In this document: in pieces, positions 1-9,300 of the stretch
Position numbering within the stretch: the first letter of the stretch is position 1
Layout of the letters: the number at the start of each line of letters is the position of its first letter
NCBI GenBank assembly: GCA_000004985.1
Contig: GG738859.1
Strand: one strand, 5' to 3'
Length of the DNA stretch: 64,000 nucleotides
Source: Naegleria gruberi
Lineage: Eukaryota
Made by a program: the position numbers and the translations under genes
Notes under the pieces: model-generated
Told to the model about the DNA's origin: nothing
The model's database searches: none
Seen by the model: only the letters and a program-made list of their open reading frames with translations

Positions 1-1017
1 AGGCAATACATTTGCTGGTTGTGGCTTGGCATACAAGTCAAGTGTTGATCTTTCTGGAGGAGTTGTCAATAATGCAGAAAGAGGTGGCAATGTTTCAAAT
101 GGCTTTTCAAAGATTCCTCCAAATGGAGGAGGAGCAATTCTTGAAACACATTGTTGGATTGGACTTGGAACCTTTGTTGGTTCTGGGAATTGCTTTTGAG
201 AACAAGTTGAATTTGAGAGTGGTGAATGACAATAGGGACCGATATTATCATAACATGGTCTTCCGCTTACACCATCAAACCTTTGCTCTGGTGATGATAC
301 TCTTGAATAGTTTGGAGGAGAATAAGGACCATTATATGGAGTAGGATCAACAGGAGGAGATGTTATCATATTATTCTGAGTTGAACATCTCTGATATTGA
401 TGTGTGTAAGGCACAAAACCTCTTGGTGCATTGTTATCAACGTTGGAATGTTGATAACTTGGTTGAATGACATTGTGGTAACTTTGAGAACCAGCATTGT
501 AGACATTAGTAGCATAGTGTTGTTGAGACAAGACAGAAGGCTGTTGCGGAGGTGTTTGAATAGGTTGGAAAACGACACTGGATTGTTCCATGATGGGTTT
601 AGATAACAATACATTGGAAACATCCACCATTTGCTTCTTTCTCTTCTTCTTTGTAATTCCTCTTTGTGGATCAACCTTGTTCTTCTTTGGCTCTTCCTTC
701 TTCAAGAACCAATGTGAAAGATGGTGTTCGCCAACCTTTCTTGATTGTACAGAAGTACTGTTCTTGCCCAATGATCCACTAGCTTCAGAGTCTAGTAAAC
801 AATTTGATCCACCAACTTGATTGTTGGATGATCCACTACTATTGTTATCATCAACCACTTTTTGCTTTCTTTCCTTCTTTTGGGGAGTTGCAGCACTAAC
901 ACTGTTTTCAATGCTCGAAAAGATTTTAACCTTCGGATCCTTTACAAAGAAATTAAAGGATTTTGTTGATTGATATTCGTCAGTTGTGCTTAATTGTTGT
1001 GCTGTACCACCACTCAT
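1..1017 (-). CDS. 5' part of an S/P/Q-rich low-complexity protein. The ATG is at 1015-1017, preceded by an in-frame TAA, and the ORF stays open to the window edge (more than 339 codons).
   Basis: I reverse-complemented and translated 1-1017 by hand: MSGGTAQQLSTTDEYQSTKSFNFFVKDPKV...KKKRKKQMVDVSNVLLSKPIMEQSS...PPERSTLDLYAKPQPANVLP with no stop. It has a basic KKKRKK patch that looks like an NLS. The ORF track misses it because it has no stop inside the window. The overlapping track ORFs 12..344(+), 366..674(-) and 590..820(+) lie in other frames and are likely spurious. Confidence 0.5.
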   Translation of the reverse strand, partial: MSGGTAQQLSTTDEYQSTKSFNFFVKDPKVKIFSSIENSVSAATPQKKERKQKVVDDNNSSGSSNNQVGGSNCLLDSEASGSLGKNSTSVQSRKVGEHHLSHWFLKKEEPKKNKVDPQRGITKKKRKKQMVDVSNVLLSKPIMEQSSVVFQPIQTPPQQPSVLSQQHYATNVYNAGSQSYHNVIQPSYQHSNVDNNAPRGFVPYTHQYQRCSTQNNMITSPPVDPTPYNGPYSPPNYSRVSSPEQRFDGVSGRPCYDNIGPYCHSPLSNSTCSQKQFPEPTKVPSPIQQCVSRIAPPPFGGIFEKPFETLPPLSALLTTPPERSTLDLYAKPQPANVLP

Positions 1018-2248
1018 TTAGATGACAATAAATTTGGAGGTTTATCTTTGCAATACCAGAGAGTCTTCTCAGAATAATAATGATAATACAATATGAATAG
1101 TTTGAATAATTCAATTGTTGTTGTTGTTATGTGTTATACAAGTAGGATTAAATTTCTATACCGCAAGCAAAAATACTCAACGCGCAATGCTGAATTGCTT
1201 CTTGAATATCAGATATTAGGTACAGAGGTTTAAAAATATTTTTTTTTAAATAATATCAGATGCAGAAAAGAGCGAAGATGGTGGCGATGAATGTATTCAA
1301 TTATCGGAGATGGTAGCCATAAAAGAACGATGAGTAACGACTTGGTTAAAAATGCGAACCTTTAACGCCATTTTTAAATTGTCATTTCTTCGCTTATGCA
1401 TCAACAAAACCAACTAAGGCACCACTACCTTAGATGAACCTCTCAGTAAACAGCCTTATAGTTTACAAAATGATGAAGGATTCTCTTTAGGGGTTATTAA
1501 ACCGAACTCTATCACCAAACAGCTATATATCTAAAAAAGTCAATTGGCTGTTAATGCAGATAAAGGTCTAAAAGGAATTGTTAATTAAAATGTTGAACTT
1601 TACAAAAAAACCAAACATGACTGTGTTCAAACAGTGTGCATGGCTTTATTTGTTTTCGTTCACTTTCCAACAAAACTTTGTTATTTCATGAAAACCGACA
1701 CAATCAAAAACACATACGTATTTAAAAGGAATCTTTGTTAATAGATTCGAAATATGGCTGTCATCCAAATGGAATCTCTAACTACAGTAGAATGGATACT
1801 ATTACTTTAACCGCGCCCAAACTACAATTAAATTATTAAACTCGTCCTTAAAGAACAGATTCGTTATTGATTCATTTATTATAATGTTTTATCTGTTTTA
1901 GATATGCTATTTTCCTTAGGGGTGTCTCCGAAGCGAAATCACAAACGTCTTGACCGATATGTCTATAATTTTTAAAATTGTTTAGCAAGACAACCAAAAT
2001 CACAGTGAGGCGGATTTTAAAACTTTTCAAAAAAAACCATCGAAACTCTTCTCTCAACTCAGAAGGCAGACAACCACAACTTTCAACAGCTATTTGTTGC
2101 CCGACTCAAAGTGGATAAATTCAAAGTCTAAGATCTGAAAGGTTCATCATCACCATCATTATCAAAACACTGAATTATATTGTTTGCATTGGAGTTTAAA
2201 CATTGGATATTTAAATATTATTGATACTATTATCAAAGAAACACTGAG

Positions 2249-4174
2249 ATGAAACCCTTGTCGTCTTCCTCAACTTGTACAACAACAAGAAAACCATTAC
2301 GGGAGGTGGTTTTTATGGATGAAAGTAAATTACCATCATTGGATTTGCCATCTATCGTGATGATCGGAGGAGATTCATCTTCCATTGATGGAGTTTCTTC
2401 ATCATCCAATTCTTCATCACCTAATCAACCAATGATTGTATTGAGTCATACGGATAATCGTCATCAGAGAATTACCTCTATGCAATTTAATTCAATGAAG
2501 GCTATTCAGGAGCATATGGGTATTTTAGAAGATGATGGAGAGGATGAAGATTCGAATACAGATTCATCAACTAATAGTAGTATTACTAGTAGTCAGGGAC
2601 AAACCGCAATTAGTACAAAATCAAATAATATTCATTCAACATCATCTCCGAGTAGATATGAAAGCAGTCTTTCACCACCATCCTCACCACAAACATCATC
2701 CTCACCTAAAATGTCATCTCCACTGACAGGTTTATTAAAATTGGCATTGAGAAAGAAGAATTCAAAATCTACCTCACCATCCACTTCAAGTGATAATGTT
2801 TCCAATTCTTCGTCAATGAGTACGAGCACATCATTATCAGAAAAGAAAAAGAAAAAGAAGGAGAATCATCACAAAATTGATCTCAATGACTATCTCTTTA
2901 CATACGAGAAGGTCATTAGTAATGGAGAAACAAGTCAACTCTTTCTCAAGTTTTTGACAATGAAGAAAACTTCTGAAAGCTTACTTTTCGTACTGAAATT
3001 TAGAGAACTGAAATCAGCATTTAAGTCAATAAGCGATCAAGCCAGTGACAAGCAGGAACAATATAGAAATACTCTGAAAACAATCGAGGAATTATACAAG
3101 TGCTTCTTTGCATTTGATTCTTCTATGGAATTGAATTTACCACTCAATTTACATGAGCCAACCACAAAGATAATGGAAGAATACGAATCCAAGAGAGAAA
3201 AACTTGCAGATGATGAAATTGTTTCAATCATTTCTAATATTTTGAGCGAGTTTAAAAAAATCGAGAGCTATTTAAATTTGAATTTGAAAGAGTGTCAATT
3301 TTTGGAATTTTTGGAATGGGAAAAGTTTAGAAAATTTATTACCAATAAGGGGTCGATACATTTAGCAGAGATTGCAGAAATGAAACCTTTCTCTCATACA
3401 TCATTTGTTGAAAGTTTAGTGACAGAAATGAGCAAACCAAGAATTACTGTCAAACAAGCAAAACAGATCAAACATCTAGTGGTAAAGAACACATCTATAT
3501 GGACACCAATTATAACAGAATCCAATTATATAGTGTCATTATCCAACAATCAATACTTACTAGGCGAGGAAGAGTCAAACTCTTCTAATAAGGGTGTTTA
3601 TTTTTTCAAGTATGAGATTACATTCCCATATCCAAAACAAGCTGTCATCAACACACTTCTCAGCTCAAAGCTCAGATTCAAGTTTGATAAGAATACTAAA
3701 ATGCTTTCAAAGATTGATTATTTCCCTAAAGAAGATAACGAAAATCTGGCAACTTGCATCTCACAAGAGGTTTATGATTTTCCTTTCCCTTTCCAATCAA
3801 GAGAAATGGTTCTTGCCTGTGCTGTATTCAATGATTTGACCGATAATTCAACCATGTTATGTCTGAGGTCGTGTGAAAGTGATAAAGCTGTCAAGCTCAA
3901 AAAAACTGTCAAGGCAAAGAATGTTGGCTGTTGGATTTTCCAAGATTTGAATGGAACTCACACTAGATATATACAATTCGTTGGAGCTGATTTCAAAGGT
4001 TTTCTACCACCAAAACTAGTTAAATCAAACGTTGCTAAACGTGCCAAGTATTACTATGCAGATAGTTTGAAAATGTTCGAACATCCAGAAGACGATTTCA
4101 AGGAGCCACAGGATGATCCTCTTTATTCTGGTTTTATGGATACACTCAAGGAAAATGGTGGGTTATCTATTTGA
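2249..4174 (+). CDS. Regulator of G-protein signalling (RGS) domain protein with a C-terminal START/Bet v1-like lipid-binding domain and a Ser-rich N-terminus
   Basis: Single 641-aa ORF with a real ATG. The central segment YLFTYEKVISNGETSQLFLKFLTMKKTSESLLFVLKFRELK...FLEFLEWEKF matches the RGS-box pattern (FLxSEFSEENLxFW / ...RFL). The C-terminal roughly 190 aa (FPFQSREMVLACAVFNDL...KAVKLKKTVKAKNVGCWIFQDLNGTHTRYIQFVGADFKGFLPPKLVKSNVAKRA) fits the START-domain pattern (P.S.RDFV...VRA...G....P....T.VT...D.KG.IP). The N-terminus is S/T-rich and low-complexity. Confidence 0.6.
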   Translation: MKPLSSSSTCTTTRKPLREVVFMDESKLPSLDLPSIVMIGGDSSSIDGVSSSSNSSSPNQPMIVLSHTDNRHQRITSMQFNSMKAIQEHMGILEDDGEDEDSNTDSSTNSSITSSQGQTAISTKSNNIHSTSSPSRYESSLSPPSSPQTSSSPKMSSPLTGLLKLALRKKNSKSTSPSTSSDNVSNSSSMSTSTSLSEKKKKKKENHHKIDLNDYLFTYEKVISNGETSQLFLKFLTMKKTSESLLFVLKFRELKSAFKSISDQASDKQEQYRNTLKTIEELYKCFFAFDSSMELNLPLNLHEPTTKIMEEYESKREKLADDEIVSIISNILSEFKKIESYLNLNLKECQFLEFLEWEKFRKFITNKGSIHLAEIAEMKPFSHTSFVESLVTEMSKPRITVKQAKQIKHLVVKNTSIWTPIITESNYIVSLSNNQYLLGEEESNSSNKGVYFFKYEITFPYPKQAVINTLLSSKLRFKFDKNTKMLSKIDYFPKEDNENLATCISQEVYDFPFPFQSREMVLACAVFNDLTDNSTMLCLRSCESDKAVKLKKTVKAKNVGCWIFQDLNGTHTRYIQFVGADFKGFLPPKLVKSNVAKRAKYYYADSLKMFEHPEDDFKEPQDDPLYSGFMDTLKENGGLSI

Positions 4175-4768
4175 AAATATTTTAAATAGTGCTGAAATAG
4201 CACAAATGAATAGCATTATATCAAGGATTGTTAAACGAGTTGTAGTTGATAGGAGAATGTTTCATTTCTCAAGAGTATTAAAGAATTCTGCCCATCAGTT
4301 GCATCAATTTGTTCTTCATCTTTCTCACCTCTAGCTAGAGAACATCATTTGAAATTGTCACTCTTAAAATTTCAAATATTTAACAGTTTCTTCATTTGAG
4401 TTTTACAGGGTTACTATTGTTCCTTTCATTTTTAAATAAATCTTAATTATTCCTTTTACAATTAGAAAAGGTTCACTCATATTTGAAATAGATCTATTCG
4501 AATGTGAAAATTAACCATTAATTTAAATAATTATCTCTAATTTACAATGAAACAAATTTTGGATAATGTTTACATTTCGGCTCAATGCTCATCTAGACTT
4601 GGAATAGAGAGGTAATAAAAGAAATCTTCGTGGCCTTTTTCTTCGTTTCTTTACCAGCATCATCTGTCAATCACCATTTAAAAAAAATTCCCTTGCTAGA
4701 GGACACAAAAACTCGAGTACTTGCCAACTCCTTTCCACTACACACCCTCAGCTACTTCTAGACTTTAA

Positions 4769-5743
4769 ATGACTGATCAATCTGTTGACGATTTTGAACT
4801 TTCTGATGATAATTCTTTAAAGATTATTGTTGTTGGTAGGTTTGTGAATGATGAAATATTTGTATTCAAATAACAACCAATAACTAATAACAAAATATTT
4901 AAAAATTAGGTGATGCGAGTGTTGGTAAAACATGCATGTTAATTTCATACAGGTAAGATATTTGGAATTTTTCATATTTAAATTCTTGATTATCCACCAC
5001 ACTTCAACATTATAATGAATGACATGTGTCATCATTGTGCTTTTTAACAACAAATATCATCAACAGTAATAACGAATTTCCAACAGAGTATAACCCTACA
5101 GTATTTGGTTAGTAGTCATTCAAATAATTATAATATTCATAATTCTTTTCTAATTCAATAACAACTTTGATGAATTTTTGAATATACAGACAATTATACA
5201 GCTAACGTAGTTTACAAGGAAAAAACTGTCACATTGGGATTATGGGATACTGCTGGTACTGACGAAGTAAGTAAACATGGTGATGTTCCGTGCCTTTTAA
5301 CATTTGAATAGTATGATCAATTGAGACCGTTATCTTATCCCGACACTCACATTTTTGTTATTGTATTTGATTTAACTAATAAGGATTCACTTGAATCAGT
5401 TACGAAGAAGTGGGTTCCTGAAATTAAAGAACACACTAAAGATAGACCAGGTGGTGTACCATTCATCATTGTTGGAAACAAATTGGACTTGAGAAATGAC
5501 CCAAAGGAAAAGGATAAATGTGTTCCAAGGTGAGTTGATTTTCAATTACAATAATCTAATTGAGATTGTAGATCTGATGGTGAAAAAGTTAAAACAAAGA
5601 CTGGAGCTGCTCGTCTCTTAGAATGTAGTGCCAAGACTCAAGAAGGACTGAAAGATGTATTTGAACAATGCATAGAAGTTGTCATAGAAAACTACATGAA
5701 AAAGAAGAAGGGAGGAAAGAAGGATAAATGTACACTCCAATAA
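4769..5743 (+). CDS. Atypical Rho/Rac-family small GTPase in six exons. Approximate exons: 4769-4835, 4910-4952, 5067-5107, 5190/1-5266, 5312-5529, 5572-5743.
   Basis: Spliced product: MTDQSVDDFELSDDNSLKIIVVGDASVGKTCMLISYSNNEFPTEYNPTVFDNYTANVVYKEKTVTLGLWDTAGTDEYDQLRPLSYPDTHIFVIVFDLTNKDSLESVTKKWVPEIKEHTKDRPGGVPFIIVGNKLDLRNDPKEKDKCVPRSDGEKVKTKTGAARLLECSAKTQEGLKDVFEQCIEVVIENYMKKKKGGKKDKCTLQ. Rho signatures present: the GxxxxGKT P-loop, TVFDNY, the LWDTAG switch II region, NKxD, SAK and a polybasic stretch followed by a CaaX-like CTLQ. There are five GT-AG introns of about 74, 114, 83, 45 and 42 bp. Track ORF 5321..5533 is exon 5. Confidence 0.85.
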
Positions 5744-5800
5744 CTCATATTTTTGTAATTTGATTTTACCAATCTTTTTACAGGGAGGTAAAATATTGTA

Positions 5801-7494
5801 TTAATGTAACTGTTGCATACGCTTTTTTAACATTATAACCTGTTCACTCGTTGATAAATTCAGTGAGGTATCGAAATCATTAATTATGGAATTATTTGTT
5901 GGTTTAACATTATCTACACTTCTTACATCTCCTTGCTGTTTCAACAAATTGATTTGGGATCTCATATAATCAAACATTTTACATTCTGATTGATGGGTAA
6001 GTGTACGAATTCTTTCGTCCATCAATCGATAATTTTCTTTTGCAACTCGTTGTTCAATCTTGGTCAGGGAATTCTTAATTTTAGTTCCAACCTTTTCATA
6101 GAATTTAGTTTTAAATTCCTCAACTTCTTTTTTCACAACTGTTTCAATATTGCCTTCCAAGAATGCCACCTTTTTTCTTAATTCTTCAATTTCCTTTTCC
6201 ATAGATTCCATCTTCTTATCGTTGGTATTTACATCTTTGAATCCACCTAGGGATGTTCTCGTTCTAGTTGGCCTGTTAATCTCATTGACTTTTTCAGACA
6301 GCTCCTCCAAGTTCTTTCTTGTTTTATGAACTGCAGCATCTTTGAGTTTAGCTCTTTGTCGTCTCTCTTCGAGGATTAGATTTTCCTTATTAACTTGTTG
6401 ATCTTTCTTTGCTATTGTAGCCGAAGCAGGTCTAGTAGTGGCGGTTCCTAGAGACTTTTTCTTTTCCTCAACCTGGGCACGGGTGGTAGTAATGATTGCG
6501 GATTGAATTTGATTAGAGACATCTTTGAGAGGGGAGGTTTTCGTTGATGGTTGTGATTCCCTCTTGGTAACCACTTCTTTCTTTGGAGAGATGAGGTGTG
6601 GCTTTTCAATCTCTGATTTTTTAAAGTTTGGAAGGGATGCAGCTAGAGGGTTGCTTCTTGCTGTGGATGATTTCTTAAATGTTGGAATAGATACAAGGGG
6701 AGAACTAGAGATTTCTTTAAGTGAAACATTACTGTAATTTAGCATTACTGTTCCATTATTATAATTATCAAAATTAAATAAACCTGATTCATTGGAACTG
6801 ATATTAAACATGAGGTCGTCATATTTGGCGCTTAATTCTTTGGATAATTCGTCTGTTGTGAAAGAAGCTGGGTTAAATGATGGCATTTCAATTGTACAAG
6901 CCTTTGCACTTTTAATGGGTGAGAATGAAGTTGGAGATTTGGTTGGCGATTCTCTGAGGCAGTCATTAATGGATCTGATTTCAGTATTTTCAGGTACTGA
7001 GGATGGCATATCTCTGAGAATGAATATCTTATTAAGGTAAACTCGATTTCCTCCAAAAGTTTCACTAACCGAGAATTTAAAGAAGGAAAAATCTGCTGGT
7101 ATTGATTGAATAGAAAAAAGATGAAGTGAAGTATTTTCCTCAGCTCTTAGACTTGACCAATGAATAAAAGGACCATCCCTACTTCGTGAAATGAAGAGTT
7201 TAATTTTCTTTGGATTGAAAACATATCTCTTCTTGCAATACCATCCAACACACGAGACTGGATACGAGTGCAAAGGCACTTGAATTGTACAGTCTTGTGG
7301 AAGTCCAACATCGGTGATCCAAATTTCATCCTCTTCATCATCGGCCAATATACTGTTACATGGGTAGTCCTCCTGTTCTGTTGTTCGGGAAACAATGCAA
7401 GCACCCTTAATTTTTGAGCAGAGGTTAGTCTCGTGCTTGAACATTTTTTTTAAATTTCTGATAAACTGATTTTTGTATTTTTTTGGCGGGCTCA
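5801..7494 (-). CDS. Coiled-coil protein of unknown function with a Cys-containing N-terminal domain. The probable real ATG is at about 7494 (MSPPKKYKNQF...).
   Basis: Long minus-strand ORF. The track start at 7525 is a GTG, and the first ATG gives MSPPKK... The C-terminal third is heptad-rich (EKEIEELRKKVAFLEGNIETVVKKEVEEFKTKFYEK...), and the middle is S/T/P-rich. I recognise no family. Confidence 0.5.
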
Positions 7495-7794
7495 TTAAGG
7501 GCGCAAATTTTCCTTCAATGCTCACACCCTGAAAACCAAAACTATGAACAATGTTAATTTTACCTTAGATTATAATGATTGTTGAATAAATTCCTCATTA
7601 ATATATTAAATAAATGGCCACTATATTTTATCAGTCATGATAACTGAAGCTAACTGCTGAAACATGATACAATTTTGTATGCTTGAATAGTTTCCCGCCA
7701 AATTGTAATTACTTGGCGCCTTCCACCAATACAAACTTTAAAAAAAAGCAAAAAATACCATCATCAAGGAACCACCAACAGAGAAACCGCAAAA

Positions 7795-9261
7795 ATGGGC
7801 CAGAATATGGATAAAAGATCATACAGAAGAGAACATGCCGAACTCTACATGAAATTAATTCAACACTATAGGAACGGAATGGTGGAAGATATGGCTGTGT
7901 CTCCTTCTTCAGAAAAATCTGATGAGGTTGTTAAGGTTTACATAAGAAAAAGACCAACATTTGAGAGGGAAGTTAATGCAGGAGAATATGATGTTGTTAC
8001 ATGTAGGCCTCATGAAATTATTGTTCACGATTGTAGAATGCACCCGTCAATGAAACCCTCATTGGCATATGTTGAATCCTTTAAATTCCCTTATCCTAAC
8101 ACCGAAGTTTTCGGAGAGAAGTCGACCACAGATGAACTTTACAAGTCTGCAGTCAAGCCACTGATACAGTTTGTTGCCGCTGGTAATGTTGGTACTATGT
8201 TCTGTTTTGGACAAACAGGAAGTGGTAAAACCTACACTATTACAGGATTGGTTAAAATGATGTCACAAGAATTATTTTCCCTTATTGCTAAATTACCTGG
8301 TACATACAGCGTTACTGCAACCTGCATTGAACTTATTGGAGAAAACTGTTTTGACTTGCTTAGTGACCATCAAGAAGTTCAATTGAGAGATGGTAAAACT
8401 GGTGATGTTGTTATTTGTGGTAACAAATTGTGTGCCCTTACAAGTGGATCCGAATTGAATGAATTATATAACTATGCTGCTGGATTGAGAGAAACACACG
8501 CCACCAAGGTCAACTCAAACTCATCACGATCTCACTACATTTGTAGAGTGTACATTGAAAATGCTGAAACAGGCAAACAGTATGCCAGACTTACTTTATG
8601 TGATTTGGCAGGTTCCGAAAGAAATAACGACTCGAATGAACATGATGCAGAAAGACTAAAGGAAACTGCTCAAATTAACAGCTCTCTCATGGCTTTGAAA
8701 GAAGTTATTAGATGTGTTGCATTGAATAAGGAAGGTGATAAAGTTCATATTCCATACAGAGGATCAAAGCTTACAAGATTACTGAAGGATTGTTTCGATC
8801 TCGAAGAAAAGAAAAAGAGACCACACACTGTTGTCATTGCTACAGTTTCACCACTCTCATGTGATTCAGAGCACACAACTGGTACCTTGAAACACACCTG
8901 TATCATGATGAGTAATGAAGTTAGTCAAGATGGAGAAAAGATTGTCGTCCAAGATGTTTTAGGTTCAGATCCTTATCAGAAGAGAGCCAATGTATTGAAA
9001 CCAATTGCCAAGATGACATACGAAGAAGTTATAGAATGGATTGGTACTGTTCAAAAAGGAAAGTTCAAGAAACATATTCACAAATTCCCATCAACGATGG
9101 ATGGTAAAGCTCTTGCCAGATTCCCTGATAAGAGATTACAACAAATTCTCGAAAGTGATTTACTCGGTAATGATTTGAGAAAAGAAATTATGAATTATAC
9201 AGACAAGATTAGTCAACAAAAGAAGCAATTTGCTGAAGACAATAGAAAATCTACCAAATAA
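7795..9261 (+). CDS. Kinesin motor protein, kinesin-13-like (internal-motor/MCAK-type layout), 488 aa
   Basis: The ATG ORF has the kinesin P-loop FGQTGSGKTYTITG, switch I NSNSSRSHYICRV and switch II LCDLAGSER. The neck and motor begin VKVYIRKRP...YDVVTCRPHEIIVHD, resembling the kinesin-13 motor entry. A roughly 130-aa tail (TYEEVIEWIGTVQKGKFKKHIHKF...) may be a SAM-like module. Confidence 0.8.
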   Translation: MGQNMDKRSYRREHAELYMKLIQHYRNGMVEDMAVSPSSEKSDEVVKVYIRKRPTFEREVNAGEYDVVTCRPHEIIVHDCRMHPSMKPSLAYVESFKFPYPNTEVFGEKSTTDELYKSAVKPLIQFVAAGNVGTMFCFGQTGSGKTYTITGLVKMMSQELFSLIAKLPGTYSVTATCIELIGENCFDLLSDHQEVQLRDGKTGDVVICGNKLCALTSGSELNELYNYAAGLRETHATKVNSNSSRSHYICRVYIENAETGKQYARLTLCDLAGSERNNDSNEHDAERLKETAQINSSLMALKEVIRCVALNKEGDKVHIPYRGSKLTRLLKDCFDLEEKKKRPHTVVIATVSPLSCDSEHTTGTLKHTCIMMSNEVSQDGEKIVVQDVLGSDPYQKRANVLKPIAKMTYEEVIEWIGTVQKGKFKKHIHKFPSTMDGKALARFPDKRLQQILESDLLGNDLRKEIMNYTDKISQQKKQFAEDNRKSTK

Positions 9262-9300
9262 CAACCTAACTAATTTATTAAACAATGTATATACAAATTT

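Noticed and set aside
12-820. Track ORFs 12..344(+), 366..674(-) and 590..820(+)
   Set aside because: All are shadowed by a longer ATG-initiated minus-strand frame (1-1017). The 12..344 ORF starts at TTG. The track evidently uses bacterial alternative start codons, which are inappropriate for this eukaryotic sequence.
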